A stretch of 64,000 bases of DNA, from contig OY970343.1 in NCBI GenBank assembly GCA_963717525.1, positions 1,216,001-1,280,000 on the forward strand. The letters are read 5' to 3'. Source of the stretch: an uncultured Methanoregulaceae archaeon (GTDB taxonomy: Archaea > Halobacteriota > Methanomicrobia > Methanomicrobiales > Methanospirillaceae). Positions 33,460 through 45,852 of this stretch are shown here, piece after piece (position 1 is the first letter of the stretch; every line of letters begins with the position of its first letter). Made by a program: the position numbers and the translations under genes. The notes beneath the pieces were generated by a model. It saw only the letters and a list, made by a program, of their open reading frames with translations, was not told the DNA's origin and did no database searches.

Positions 33460-35608
33460 GTGGGGAACAAAGATCCAGCTCCCGGAAATAACCGTTCTTT
33501 CTCCCGTTCACTCCTTATCACTATGATTATCCTGCTCATCTTTCTCGTCAGCCTTATGACGCTGTACGATTATTTCAACCTCAAAAGCAGCATAGACAAT
33601 GAATTTGCGAACCTTCAGAATCAGACCGAGGAAAGCATTACCGCGGCATTACGGCTGGATGATTCGGCCACTACTGTTCTGGATGACCAGCTCAACCAGC
33701 AGATGTTAAATGGCTTTGGCGTGCTCTTTGCCGCATACAACCGATCTGGCGAGAATCCGGCGGATATGAATCTCACCAAGATACAGATGACTTTGGGAGA
33801 GGGGTACGACATCTATATTATCAACGAGTCCGGCGTTATTGTCTATACCACCTACCCCCTGGAACAAGGAGAGAATTTTCAGAGCATTCCCTATTTTTAT
33901 GCATACCTGACCAACGTCAGGCTCTCGCAGGGCTTCTTTCCCGATCGCGTGGTAAGGGAGATTCCGGACGGAAGATTCATGAAGTATGCCTACGAGCCTA
34001 CGCCGGATCATCAGTACATCATGGAACTGGGATACTCTCCACCCGCATTCAACACCACCTACCTCATCCTCAATGACCGGGATGACATTGCAAGGTTTGT
34101 GTCATTCAATCCCTATATCACTCAGTACCGGGTCTTTGACACGACGGGACATAGTACCGATGATGACAGCCTGCCGGACAACGTCACTGAGGCAAATCTT
34201 AAACAGGTGATTGCAAGCCGGGCAGACCATGGAGATCGATGACCCTGCAAATCACACGGAAACCCGGTACCTGTTTGTCGATCTGAAAAATCCCCGGTAC
34301 GGTTCCGATATGAGCAGGATCGTGGTACTCACGTATGATACCGGGCGGGTCCAGGCTGATCTTGACCGTCTGGTGTACGTCCACCTCCTCTTTGGGGGCG
34401 GTGCCCTTCTGATCGGGTGTATCCTTGCCTATGGGCTGTCCCGCAGGATGACCCGCCCGATAGAGAATATTGCCCATGATGCGGATATTATCGCAAGCGG
34501 CAATTTCGAACATCGCATAGGAACAACAGATGCTCTCGAATTTAGAATCCTTGAAAAAAGCATCAATATGATGGTGGATTCACTCAAATCCGCAACCAAG
34601 AGACTCGACGATGAGGAAATATTCCACAGAGACCTTATCGATCAGATGCCGGTGGGGATCTTTCTGAAAAAAACAGATGACGGAACCTATGTCTTCTGGA
34701 ACCAAGCAAGTGAGAAGATCTTTGAACGGCCGGCAAATGACGTCATAGGAAAGAGAGATGAAGAAATCTTCCCGCCCGCCATGGCGGCGCAGATTAAAAA
34801 AGAGGACAACGATGCGCTTGCGTCCCGGGTGGAGATTAAATATAAGAAGATCACGTCCAGAACACTCGGAGACCGTGTTATCCACATGATCATCGTCCCG
34901 ATCTTTGACTCAAAGAGATGTGTGAGATACATGCTCGGTATCGCGGACGATGTAACCGATGAGGCGACCACCCTGAAACGGGATCTGATTTTCAGCATAA
35001 CCCGTAGTGATATTCTCGATCAGCTTGCCATCATCATGACCTACCTTGAACGTGCCCAGCTTAAAACCACGCATGAAGAGATGCAGATGTTCTTTGACAA
35101 GACCATCGGCTCGGTTGAGTCTATCAAGAACCAGATTGCGTACGAACGGGCCTTGCAGAACCCCGGGGTCATCACGCCCCGTTGGCAGTCTGTGAATCAG
35201 GCATTTGCAGAAGCGATCCAGATGCTTCCGGAACATACTGTCGATATCAGTACCGGTGTAGGGAAGATCGAGATCTTTGCTGATCCCTTACTCCCCAGAA
35301 TCTTTTTCAGCCTTCTGTCCCTCTCATTCCGGCATGGCGGGTCAGCACTTTCCAGGATCCGGATGACTGCCATCCAGAGCAACGAGTCACTCATCCTGAC
35401 CTACGAAGACGATAGCACAGGCATTCCCACCGGCGAGAAAGAGCGGATCTTCGAATTCGGGTACAGCCACGAAAATATAGTCAGCCTCTTTTTAATCCGC
35501 GAGCTTCTTGGCTTTACCGGTATTGCCATAGCTGAAACAGGAGAGCCCGGGCACGGTGTGCGTTTTGAAATGGTGGTACCAAAAGGGAGATTCAGAGAGA
35601 TAAAATAA
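33460..35608 (+). CDS. Membrane sensor (extracellular domain-HAMP-PAS-degenerate HisKA/HATPase); frameshift ~34220
   Basis: Two TM helices, HAMP (TRPIENIA...IASGNFEHRI), PAS, FADPLLPRIF and RIFEFGY. The H-box reads ITRSDILDQL. Confidence 0.85.
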
Positions 35609-35914
35609 CAAGAGCCAGAGGATCGTAGCTTTTTCCGGCACCAGCGAAAGGATTCAGTTACCGGAAAATCATAGGACAAAAGACGGGATAGATGATCTAT
35701 TTTGCCTCAACTCTGAACACCCGGGGATGGTTAGTAAAAAGGGGTTCCGGTGGGGATAATTCAAGCACGGTTTTTCAAGCCAGATCGGGGCACTTCATCA
35801 CTTCATGCACCAGCCCCGGACTGAGATCGAAATAAAAAAGACTATTGAAGCCAGAGAGTTAAAAGCCTTCACTCCTGTGCTCCGAAGTACAGAACCAACG
35901 AGATGGCGAAAAAT

Positions 35915-37903
35915 TTACCTGATCTTCGTCCCCGGTTCAACCGGTTTCTCAGAAATCAGGAGAGATGCTCTGTCCCCGGCCGCAAGGATCATGCCGTTGC
36001 TTTCCACACCGAAGATTTTTGCCGGTGCAAGGTTTGTCAAAACGACAACATCTTTTCCCACCAGCTCTTCTGGATTATAGAATTGCGCAATGCCACTCAC
36101 AATCTGCCGGATCTCCCCGCCGATATCCACCCTGAGTTTCAGGAGCTTGCTCGATTTGGGGATTGCTTCGGCGGCAATTACTTTCCCGGTCTTCATCTCA
36201 ACCTTACTGAAATCCTCGATCGAAATCGACGGTATTTTCTCCATCTTTTTATTCGCCTCCGCAACACGCCGCTGGAGGACAGCGTCCAGCTCTGCGATCT
36301 GTTCCTCCTCAAGCCGGCCAAACAACGGAGTCGGGGCTGAAAGTTCCCGCTCAGGGACCGGGCGGGTCGCCTCATCCACCCTGTGGGCTGCAACGAGGTC
36401 AGGGTATCCCAGTTGCGCCCAGCAGTCCTGTGCTTTTACCGGCATCACCGGCTCTATCATGAGGGTAAGGGATTTCACGATCTGGACGCTGTTTTTAATT
36501 ACCTGAGCCGCTGCAGCACGGTCGGTTTTGATCAGTTTCCACGGTGCGTTTGTCTGGATATACGTATTCCCGAAAGCAGCAAGGGCCATGATGGTATCGA
36601 CCGCGCCCTTGAACTCGTACTCTTTCATCTGGTTGTCCACACTCGCGAGGCACGTTTCGATTTCAGCAGTTATAGCTGGATCGATAACGCCAGCGGGCAC
36701 GCCCCCAAATTCCTTATGCGCAAAAAAGAGCGTGCGGTACACGAAGTTTCCCAGGATATTAACGACCTCGTTGTTGATCCGCTCGCCAAAGACCTTCCAC
36801 GAGAAGTTGAGTTCCTTGGTATGGCTTGTGTAGGCAAGGAGGTAGTACCGAAGGTAATCAGCGGAAAGACCCTTGTCGAGGTAATCTTCATTGGTCCAGA
36901 CAACATACCCCCGGGACTTCGAGAATTTGTGGTCATCCACTTTGACCATCCCGCTTGCGACAACCGCGTAGGGTTCACCGTACCCGGCGCCTTTCAGGAG
37001 GGCCGGCCAGAAGATGCAGTGGTGGTAGATGATATCCCCGCCGATGAAATGTGTGACCCGGTTATCCTTGCACCAGTACCGCTTCCAGTCTTTGCCGGTC
37101 TTTGCTGCCCACTCTTCGGTGAATGCAATGTAGCCGATCGGTGCGTCGACCCAGACATACACCACAAGGTCGTCGCGGCCGGGAAATTTCACGCCCCACT
37201 CAAGCGTGCGGGTTATGCACCAGTCGTGCAACTCGTCTTTTATCCACCCGATCGCATAGTTCTTCGCGTTGCTGGTTCCCCGTAACCGGTCAAGAAACGG
37301 CAGGAGATAATCCTTAAACGCGGAGAGTCGGAAAAAATAATGTTCCTGGTCCCGGAACTCGGCCTTTGTCCCGCAGACCTTGCAGACCGGGTCCTTGATC
37401 TCACCCGGTTCAAGGTGCTTGCCGCAGCCCTGGTCACATTCGTCCCCCCGGGCCTGCTTGCCGCAGTAGGGACAGGTGCCTTCCACGTACCGGTCAGGCA
37501 GGAACCTCCTGCACTTCGGGCAGTATGCCTGATGAACAACCTGCTTGTAGACATACCCGTTTTTTTCCAGCCTCCCGACGATCTCCCGGGTCCGGTGGTG
37601 ATTTGCCGGGTCGTCGGTCATACCGAAATGATCGAAATTGACCCCGATCCGCTTGAACGTCTCATCGAAGTGCCGGTGGTACTGCTCGGAGAGTGCCCGG
37701 GGTGATATCCCCCGCTCTTCGGCAGAGACCACGATGGGCGTCCCGTGATTATCCGAGCCTGATACAAAGACGACCACTTCACCCGTCCGCCGCATGTAGC
37801 GGACGTAACAGTCGGCAGGGACGTACGTGCGCAGATGCCCGAGATGGCAGGGTCCGTTCGTGTAGGGGAGCCCGCAGGTAACCAGCAGCGGTGGTTGAGT
37901 CAT
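35915..37903 (-). CDS. metG: Methionine--tRNA ligase
   Basis: [16 protein letters not shown], zinc knuckles, C-terminal Trbp111-like domain. Confidence 0.97.
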   Translation of the reverse strand: MTQPPLLVTCGLPYTNGPCHLGHLRTYVPADCYVRYMRRTGEVVVFVSGSDNHGTPIVVSAEERGISPRALSEQYHRHFDETFKRIGVNFDHFGMTDDPANHHRTREIVGRLEKNGYVYKQVVHQAYCPKCRRFLPDRYVEGTCPYCGKQARGDECDQGCGKHLEPGEIKDPVCKVCGTKAEFRDQEHYFFRLSAFKDYLLPFLDRLRGTSNAKNYAIGWIKDELHDWCITRTLEWGVKFPGRDDLVVYVWVDAPIGYIAFTEEWAAKTGKDWKRYWCKDNRVTHFIGGDIIYHHCIFWPALLKGAGYGEPYAVVASGMVKVDDHKFSKSRGYVVWTNEDYLDKGLSADYLRYYLLAYTSHTKELNFSWKVFGERINNEVVNILGNFVYRTLFFAHKEFGGVPAGVIDPAITAEIETCLASVDNQMKEYEFKGAVDTIMALAAFGNTYIQTNAPWKLIKTDRAAAAQVIKNSVQIVKSLTLMIEPVMPVKAQDCWAQLGYPDLVAAHRVDEATRPVPERELSAPTPLFGRLEEEQIAELDAVLQRRVAEANKKMEKIPSISIEDFSKVEMKTGKVIAAEAIPKSSKLLKLRVDIGGEIRQIVSGIAQFYNPEELVGKDVVVLTNLAPAKIFGVESNGMILAAGDRASLLISEKPVEPGTKIR

Positions 37904-37945
37904 TCAGGTACTTTTTAGCATGCGATAGGTAATAATTCATGTACC

Positions 37946-38743
37946 ATGCCAAAGATCGTGCCGCTCGCAACACGGGCGCTTGGCGGTGAACCGGGTATAC
38001 CGGATCTCGCCACGCTCGCCGCCTGGGTCGCGGATCACCGGGGAACTGCGGCCGACCTCACTGCGTATAGGCTCGACGTGTCACTTGCCCCGGAGCTTTC
38101 TGCCGGTATCATGTTCCCCTGCGCAGGCGGCCTTTTCTGCCGTGATCGTATCCGCGAAAGTCTCGCCGGTCTGAATCCGGACAGGGATATGGTGGTCGGG
38201 GATATTCACGTGGATGCTGGAGCATTGGTTGAGGATGCCACCCTTCTCGCCGCACAGAAAAGAGAGGTCTGGTGCGCACTCCCGGCTCCCCACACACTGG
38301 GGATCAGGGATCGGTATTATGGTGACGAAGACGAATGGTGCGACGCGATCATTGCAGCCTACCGCACCCTGATGCGGGCGATGCGGGACGCGGGAATCGG
38401 GGGACATGTTCTCATCGGAGATACGGTTGATGAGCGGGAGATATCAATACTTGCAGGAAAAAAGGTATTCTTTTTTGCACCGGCCCCGGCACAAACCGAC
38501 CTCGTCCTTCTTATGGAATACCAGCGTCAGGTGGCAGTGAGCAAATCCATGTTAGGGCGGGCAATAGAACTCGCAAACGAATATGAGATTCAGCGGTGGA
38601 TCATTATGGATCCTGACAAAGAGGGGATCCGGCTCATATTATCGCACTTCGACCCGGACCAGGTGATTGCCGGGGGATATTGTACGGGTGAGGACGACAC
38701 CTACTGGAAAAAACTCGAGGACCGTGCGGTGTATGTGAAGTAA
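37946..38743 (+). CDS. Hypothetical protein, possibly UROD/MetE-like fold
   Basis: ALPAPHTL...DRYY...AYRTLMRAMRDAGIGGHVL resembles a MetE-like barrel segment. Confidence 0.6.
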   Translation: MPKIVPLATRALGGEPGIPDLATLAAWVADHRGTAADLTAYRLDVSLAPELSAGIMFPCAGGLFCRDRIRESLAGLNPDRDMVVGDIHVDAGALVEDATLLAAQKREVWCALPAPHTLGIRDRYYGDEDEWCDAIIAAYRTLMRAMRDAGIGGHVLIGDTVDEREISILAGKKVFFFAPAPAQTDLVLLMEYQRQVAVSKSMLGRAIELANEYEIQRWIIMDPDKEGIRLILSHFDPDQVIAGGYCTGEDDTYWKKLEDRAVYVK

Positions 38744-39077
38744 CCCCGCGATACAAGGTTCAGGCATCGGGTGGGTCTTCATACGATCCATTAAAGATAT
38801 CAATAGTTTTTCGTATCTTTCATTGGCATGTATCCTTGCTGAAACCGGCAGAAAGATACCGCCCTTATGATGCACATGCAATCATCGATGGTAAAATACC
38901 GGATGATTCCGGGATGGCTTACCCGATCCGGATTACCAGATGATCCCGTTGCATCACAACCAGTGGAGCAAACATTAATAACAAGAAATAAAAGGAATGG
39001 TACAAAGGAGAGAGGAAGTAAATGAAGCGCGTCTGTCTCATTTCATCCCCGGGAAAAAAGGCATCGGATGATTCAGC

Positions 39078-40666
39078 ATGAAAGAAAAAACGGCAATCTG
39101 GCTATTTCTTATCCTTATTTCAGGTATATTTCTCATCAGCCCGGTCCTGGGGGCGATACCCGTGGCATCGTTTATATCAAATGCATCTTCGGGAAATGTC
39201 CCGCTCACTGTGCAGTTTATGGATTCCTCCCTGAATACGCCTACCTCGTGGACATGGTTGTTCGGTGATGGTGGGATCTCCTCACTCCAGAACCCGGCGC
39301 ATATCTACACGACTCCCGGCACCTATACAGTGACACTGATTGCATCAAACTCAGCGGGCAGCAATACCGCCACCTACCAGGGATACATCACCGCAACCAA
39401 GGCAGCCTCCGTACCGATCGTCTCGTTTGTGACTAATGTCACCTCGGGATCCCCCCACTCTCTGTCCAGTTCCTGGACACCTCAACCAACTCACCGAGTT
39501 CCTGGGTCTGGTCCTTCGGGGATGGGGGAACCTCGGCAAGCCCCAACCCGGTACACACCTATACGACTCAGGGGTCGTACGCGGTCACCCTCACCGCCAC
39601 GAACTCTGCAGGTAGTAACACCTCCTCGGTGAGCAATTTTATCACAATAAACCAAGTGACGGTCGTCCCGATGGCGCTCTTCAAGACAACAGTGACGTCG
39701 GGATACGAACCTTTGACCGTCCAGTTCGTGGACTCCTCGACCAACTCACCGAACTCCTGGGTCTGGTCTTTTGGGGACGGCGGGACATCCACACTTCAGA
39801 ACCCGGCGCATACCTATGCTGCGGCAGGTTCCTATACGGTTACCCTCACTGTATCCAATGCCATGGGCAGCAACACGGTATCCCAGCCGGGGTATATCAC
39901 GGTAAATGCTGCAATCCCCGTTGCATCCTTTATCGCCAACGTCACTTCGGGTATTAACCCCCTGGGCGTCCAGTTCACCGATACCTCCAACAACACTCCG
40001 ACCGGGTGGTACTGGACTTTTGGGGATGGCGGGACATCCACACTCCAGAATCCGACGCATACATTCACCAGCGTCGGATCCTACGCCATCTCTCTTGGAG
40101 CCACGAACACTGCAGGCAGTAATACGACCACCATGCCGGCATTTATCACGGTATCAAATGCTGCATCTCCGCCCTCAAGCTCCTTTATCTCTGATATCCA
40201 ATCGGGAAAAGCCCCGCTGACCGTCCAGTTTCAGGATACCTCAGGGAATTCCCCGACGACCTGGCAGTGGTTCTTTGGAGACGGCGCCCAGAGCACCGAC
40301 CAGAACCCGATACATACGTATATGGAGAGCGGCACTTACACGGTCAGCCTGACCACCACAAACTCTGGCGGCGAGAACACTACGACCATGCAGGGATACA
40401 TCACCGTTGCTTCACCCCTTGTAAACGCGATTCCGACACTTGCTGCCCAAACAACTACCCCGGCACAGGTAATAACGACGGCAGAGCAAACGCAGGTGCC
40501 CGCCGCAGCAGCAAACACTTCCTCTCCGGCATCAACCGGGGCCTCCCCCTCATGGACGTTGCCCCTTATCGGTATCGTGATCCTGGTACTCGTAGTCATT
40601 GCCCTTGTCCTTCATCGCGGAGGACGCTCCGGTGGCAGGAGAAGGTCGGGACGCGGGGAACTCTGA
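39078..40666 (+). CDS. Cell-surface PKD repeat protein (4 PKD domains, C-terminal TM); frameshift ~39455
   Basis: Repeated PLTVQF.D.S...W.W.FGDG..ST.QNP.H.Y...G.YTV.L; signal peptide; TM followed by a basic tail. Confidence 0.9.
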
Positions 40667-40749
40667 GGGACTGCTGTCCACAGGTTTCCCATGCTTCTTT
40701 GAAAATGACTGAAGGATAAAAAAAGACTAACGGGAAAAAGCTTCCTCGT

Positions 40750-42243
40750 TTATGCCATTTTCTCCCGGCCGATACATTCGAAATCGATAAAGCCGTTGTA
40801 GGGGTCGGTTTTTAAAAGGCGGACCCTCACTTTCTGGCCGACATGGAGGTTTTGTTCTCCCTTCACCACCCGGCCTTCAGCCGGCGGTACAAGAAGCCTG
40901 ACATAAGTCCCCTTGTCCGCGGCACCGGTCACAAGTGCTTCGAAAGTCTTGCCGATACTGTCTTCGAGCAGCATGGCAGCAACGGATTTTCGCATGAACC
41001 GTTTGACCTTCTTTGACGCTTTCTCCCGGTCTGTCAGCCACATAGCTCGATCAGAGAGGTCTGCTGATGAATAAGGGCCGGGGTTCGCCATCAGGATCGC
41101 TTTTGCCTGGCGCTGGTTGATGATATCTACATAGCGCCGGTTCGGTGCTGTCGCATGGGTGTAATCGATGACCGCGAGGGCAAAATGACCAGTTGGCGTG
41201 GCACCCGGTTCAAGCATCATGTACTCGCCGGGCCCCATCAGTTTTATCACGGCGAGGGACAGGTCGGGGAAATGGAGAGGATCTGCAGCTTTCTCCTTCA
41301 TGAGGAACTTTGCAAGCGCTTTCGCATCCGGGTTCTCCGGCAGCGTCTCACCGAGGGTGGCTGCGGCGAGGATGATGCCGGCCCAGTTCCTCGGGGTCTT
41401 TACGACTCTCTGGATCATCGGCACACCGGCAGCACCCAGCCGGGCGACCATTGTCCCGTTTGCTGCAACCATGAACTCCTCGATCAGGGCCCGGGCCGGG
41501 TTCGGTGTCAGGGCCACAAGCCCCCTGACCTCGCCATTTTCGATGACCACTTCAGGCTCTACTGTATCAAACTCGAGTGCTCCCTGATCCCTGCGGTATT
41601 TCCGGAGAAGTTGCGCTGCGTCGTTCTGGAGGTGGAGCTGCTCTTCGAGCCCATGGACCTCCTCAATACCCTTCGGGATGGGTCCCGTCCCCTCCAACCA
41701 TTCTCCTACCTCCTCATACACGAGTTTTGCCTTGTTGCGGACCAGCGCCCGGTGCACTTCACCGGGAGTGAAACTACCGTCGTGTTGGATCAGAAACTCA
41801 ATGATAATGGCCAACCGGTCTTTCCCCTGCAGGAGTGAGGTGATCCCGTGGGAGAGTCGATCGGGCAGCATGGGAAAGGTGATGACACCGGTGTAGACCG
41901 ATGTCCCGTTGTGGGCCGCATACTCATCAGTGGCAGACTGCTTTTGTACATAGGAGTCGACGTCTGCTATGGCAACCTGTACCCGTATCGTACCATCAGG
42001 CATACGCTCGCAGTATTCCAGCTGGTCGAGATCCTGAGAATCGTGGTTGTCGATTGATGACCACAAGAGTGCCCGGAGGTCGCGCGTATCCTTGGGTAGA
42101 TCAACAAAGGTCCGCTCCTGCATCGCGTTAACCTCATCCATTACCTGTGGGGGAAACCGTGGTTCAAAACCGTATTTTTCCATCGCATGCCATGCGATGG
42201 TTCTGAGATCGATATCGGGTGGATGCGGCCGGTGATCTTTCAT
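40750..42243 (-). CDS. RNB-domain ribonuclease (RNase II/R family)
   Basis: SIDNHDSQDLDQ, VAIADVD, LIEEFMVAAN, YTHATAPNRRYVD. Confidence 0.9.
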   Translation of the reverse strand: MKDHRPHPPDIDLRTIAWHAMEKYGFEPRFPPQVMDEVNAMQERTFVDLPKDTRDLRALLWSSIDNHDSQDLDQLEYCERMPDGTIRVQVAIADVDSYVQKQSATDEYAAHNGTSVYTGVITFPMLPDRLSHGITSLLQGKDRLAIIIEFLIQHDGSFTPGEVHRALVRNKAKLVYEEVGEWLEGTGPIPKGIEEVHGLEEQLHLQNDAAQLLRKYRRDQGALEFDTVEPEVVIENGEVRGLVALTPNPARALIEEFMVAANGTMVARLGAAGVPMIQRVVKTPRNWAGIILAAATLGETLPENPDAKALAKFLMKEKAADPLHFPDLSLAVIKLMGPGEYMMLEPGATPTGHFALAVIDYTHATAPNRRYVDIINQRQAKAILMANPGPYSSADLSDRAMWLTDREKASKKVKRFMRKSVAAMLLEDSIGKTFEALVTGAADKGTYVRLLVPPAEGRVVKGEQNLHVGQKVRVRLLKTDPYNGFIDFECIGREKMA

Positions 42244-42394
42244 GTCTATCGAGTGTTGTTCTCGCTGAATGCATAAATATCTCTTGAATGACCCGTTTCC
42301 GGGGGTTACCGGCTGCGGGTGTCGTAAAAAGAGATCAATCGCACCTATGTCATGAGGGATAGTGTGGGTGGAGATGCTTTTTAGAAGGAGGATT

Positions 42395-43063
42395 TTAAGA
42401 TGATGGGGTAACCTCGATACTCTCGCCGGGCTGGAGAATCTTTACCGTGAGATCCGTTGTCCGTTCGATGGCTGTTTTGAACGCCAGCGGATCTGCCGCG
42501 ATACGATCCCAGGTATTGTAGTGGATCGGCACCACGATCTTCGCTCCCACAAACTGTGCGGCCATCATGGCCTCCCTGGTACCCATCGTGTACCTCCCGC
42601 CTATGGGAAGGAGGGCGATATCGGGATGGTAAAGCTCGCCGATCAGTTTCATGTCAGAAAAGAGGGCAGTATCCCCTGCATGGTACACGCACGCACCATC
42701 CATCCTGACCACAAACCCTGCGGCCATGCCCGTAGTTCCTCCCGCGGCCGAATCATCAATCCGTGAAGAATGCAGCGCCGGGGTCATAGTGATCGTAACA
42801 CCGTCAAGGGAGAGAGTCCCGCCAATATTCATCCCTTCGGCAGGGACACCTTTAGTCTCAAGGTAGTGAGCGATCTCTCCCGTAGAAACCGTCGGTTTTT
42901 TGAGCGCAGTTGTCTCGCCCAGATGATCGGAGTGACCGTGAGTGACCATGACGAGGTCAGGGTCTGTACGGGCAAGACTTCCATCCGGGATGAACGGGTC
43001 TATCAGGACTTTTTTAGTACCGGTGAGCAGGACGCAGGCATGGCCAAGCCAGGTAAGTTGCAT
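42395..43063 (-). CDS. Metallo-beta-lactamase-fold hydrolase (UPF0173)
   Basis: WLGHA, IDPF, THGHSDH, YHAGDT, PIHYNTW. Confidence 0.9.
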   Translation of the reverse strand: MQLTWLGHACVLLTGTKKVLIDPFIPDGSLARTDPDLVMVTHGHSDHLGETTALKKPTVSTGEIAHYLETKGVPAEGMNIGGTLSLDGVTITMTPALHSSRIDDSAAGGTTGMAAGFVVRMDGACVYHAGDTALFSDMKLIGELYHPDIALLPIGGRYTMGTREAMMAAQFVGAKIVVPIHYNTWDRIAADPLAFKTAIERTTDLTVKILQPGESIEVTPSS

Positions 43064-43190
43064 ATATGCTGGTATGGGTTGTACTGGGATGAACATTATT
43101 GTAAAGACCGGGTGCGCCGGAGGTAAAACCTGTTATGGCGCCTGCCGTTAATCGTAAAAAAAGGATGTTTGTGATGTGGGAAGAGAGCCG

Positions 43191-43799
43191 TTATGTCACA
43201 TCGATCAGTTCGGCTTCGGTTATATCGATGGATTCACCCAAGCTGTCTGCCGTGGCGCTCCGGGTCATCTGCTCGGAAAGATCACGGTCCTCCATCACAT
43301 CCCGGATCCGGTGGATGTACGGATCGATGGTGGGGTCTTCCTGTTCTTCAATCACATGCCGGTATTCCCGAAGTGTTGACGGGCTGACCCCGAGTTCGTC
43401 AGAGACCTCCTTCATCGTCTTTCCCGACGCGACCAGTTCTTCCATCTTTGCCTTGTCAAACGGCATCCTGAAATCAAGATCCCTGAAGAGCTTGAGCCTG
43501 ACCCGGGCCCGGGCGACGGTCTTACTCAGTTTCTCATCGCCGAGCTCGCGGGCGATCTCAGTGTCGTTCTTACCTGCATAAAACGAGGTGACAAGCTTTG
43601 CAAGCTGGATCGGTTTGAGCGACGTCTTAAATATCCCCTGCTCGATGATCTCCCGCATGACCAGCGCGACTTCGCGTTCAATCGCATCGCTATCCCTGAG
43701 GGTGCCATGAATGTTTTTCATCGGCTCGACAATCTTTGTCTTGCCCGACATGGTGCTGAAGAGTTCCAGCAGCTGTGTTTTTCGTTTGTCTTCCGTCAT
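43191..43799 (-). CDS. Double-HTH hypothetical protein (resembles haloarchaeal Cmi4-like proteins)
   Basis: NDTEIARELG...TVARARVRL and MKEVSDELGVSPSTLREYR HTH-like segments. Confidence 0.7.
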   Translation of the reverse strand: MTEDKRKTQLLELFSTMSGKTKIVEPMKNIHGTLRDSDAIEREVALVMREIIEQGIFKTSLKPIQLAKLVTSFYAGKNDTEIARELGDEKLSKTVARARVRLKLFRDLDFRMPFDKAKMEELVASGKTMKEVSDELGVSPSTLREYRHVIEEQEDPTIDPYIHRIRDVMEDRDLSEQMTRSATADSLGESIDITEAELIDVT

Positions 43800-44085
43800 T
43801 GCATACCCCGTCTTGGGATTAGGATATACAATACTTCGTCAACTATTTAATGCTATCTTTACTGTTCTTTTGACCAAAAACCTTTTATTTAAGTCTGGAT
43901 CGAATTTCTGCAGCCCACCGGATTTAAAGGAAAAAACGATTTTGGGTAACATATTCTGTATACGTGGTTGTCCCGCATCATGTAACAATAGAGGAACCAT
44001 TCCGGATGGTCCCGGTACCCGGACGCGAGCCTTTTTGTCGGGAGTCGTGCAACTGTATAAGAGATAATAGTACCAGGTATCCTGC

Positions 44086-45806
44086 ATGAGTGATGTTTTT
44101 GAGAATGTAATGGATCTGGCCAAACGCCGGGGCTTTATCTGGCCTACCTCGGAGTGTTACGGGGCGGTGGCCGGTTTTATCGATTATGGCCCGCTCGGCG
44201 CCATGATGAAGCGGAGAATCGAGAATATCTGGCGGCAGTTTTACGTCGTACAGGAAGGGTATTACGAGATCGAGTGCCCGACGATTGCACAGGAAGCGGT
44301 CTTTATCGCATCCGGCCATGTCAAGGGATTTTCTGACAAGATGTGCCAGTGCCCGCACTGCAAAGAATACCTCCGGGCCGATCACGTAGCAGACGGCGGC
44401 GGAGTGTGCGGGGCGACGACGATGGATAACGCAACACTCGCCAGTGCAATTGCGGTGTGCACATGTCCCGCCTGCGGTGAAGTGCTCGGGAATGTCGAAG
44501 TCTATAATTTCAACCTGATGTTCTCGACCACGATCGGCCCCGGTTCGCAGCGGGTCGGCTACCTGCGCCCCGAGACAGCACAGGGGATGTTCGTAGACTT
44601 TGCAAGGCTTCTGCGGTTCTACCGGGACAAGCTCCCCTTTGGCGCAGTGCAGATCGGCAAGTCCTACCGGAACGAGATCTCGCCACGGCAGGGCATGATC
44701 CGGCTCCGTGAATTCACGCAGGCGGAGGCCGAGATCTTTGTCCACCCGGATGAGAAGAACCTTCACCCGGCATTCAAACGGTACGCAAACTACCGGATGC
44801 CTCTTCTGACGTACATCCACCAGCAGAAATGTGAACCTGCGGTAGAAATGTCGATGCGGGAAGCAGTGGATAAAGGTGTCATTGCCAACGAGTATGTTGC
44901 CTACTACGTCGCTCTCACCCATGAACTGCTGGTCACGGTCGGGATACGGCCGGACCGCTCCGGTTCCGCCAGCATCTTCCCGACGAACGGGCGCACTACG
45001 CGACCGACTGCTGGGACGCGGAGGTGTACTCGGAGCGCTTCGGCTGGGTCGAGACCGTCGGGATTGCCGACCGGACGAATTATGACCTTAACGCCCATGC
45101 ACAGCAGAGCGGGACCTCAATGACGGTGTTCATCCAGTACGACACGCCAAAGAAGATCCAGCGCCGGCGCATCATCCCGAACATGGGTGTGCTCGGCAAA
45201 AAGTACCGGCAAAAAGCCAAGGCCATTTTTGCCGCCCTCGAAACCGCGACGCCGACGGCAGAAGGGGCAGATGTCACCGTAGACGGCGAGACTATCCATA
45301 TCCCGGCTGATCTTTTCGAGGTCCGCGACGAGGTTGTTGATATCAGGGGCGAGGAGATCGTGCCCCACGTGATCGAACCTTCGTACGGTATAGACCGTAT
45401 GTGTTACGCGGTGCTCGAACAGGCCTATGACGAGGACACTGCTGACGGCGAGAAACGCACGGTGCTCCGGCTCTCCCCGGGAGTCGCTCCGGTGCAGGTC
45501 GCGGTCTTCCCGCTCATGGCCCGCGATGGCCTTGACACCCTGTCGGGAGAGATCACCACCACGCTCCAGAAGCAGGGCATCCTCGCGGAGTATGACGATT
45601 CCGGTGCCATCGGCCGCCGCTACCGCCGGGAGGACGAGATCGGCACACCCTTTGCGATCACCGTCGATTACGAGACAAAAGAAACAAACACGGTTACTCT
45701 CAGGGAACGGGACAGCATGAAACAGGTGAGGATCGCCATCGACCGGCTCCCTGCGATCATCCCGGCACTGGTAAACGGGACTGTGACGTTTGCAACGCTC
45801 GGGTGA
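44086..45806 (+). CDS. glyS: Glycine--tRNA ligase (archaeal/eukaryotic type); frameshift ~44957
   Basis: LRPETAQG, GKSYRNEISPRQG, REFTQAE, IEPSYGIDR, anticodon-binding domain. Confidence 0.95.
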
Positions 45807-45852
45807 ACCCGTTTTTTTATTGTTCCCCTTTTTTCAAAGGAATCCCCCATGA

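Noticed and set aside
38896..38950. Imperfect direct repeat TACCRGATGATYCCG upstream of the PKD gene
   Set aside because: Two short imperfect copies; could be chance.
39150..40410. Internal nucleotide repeats
   Set aside because: Explained by four tandem PKD domains.
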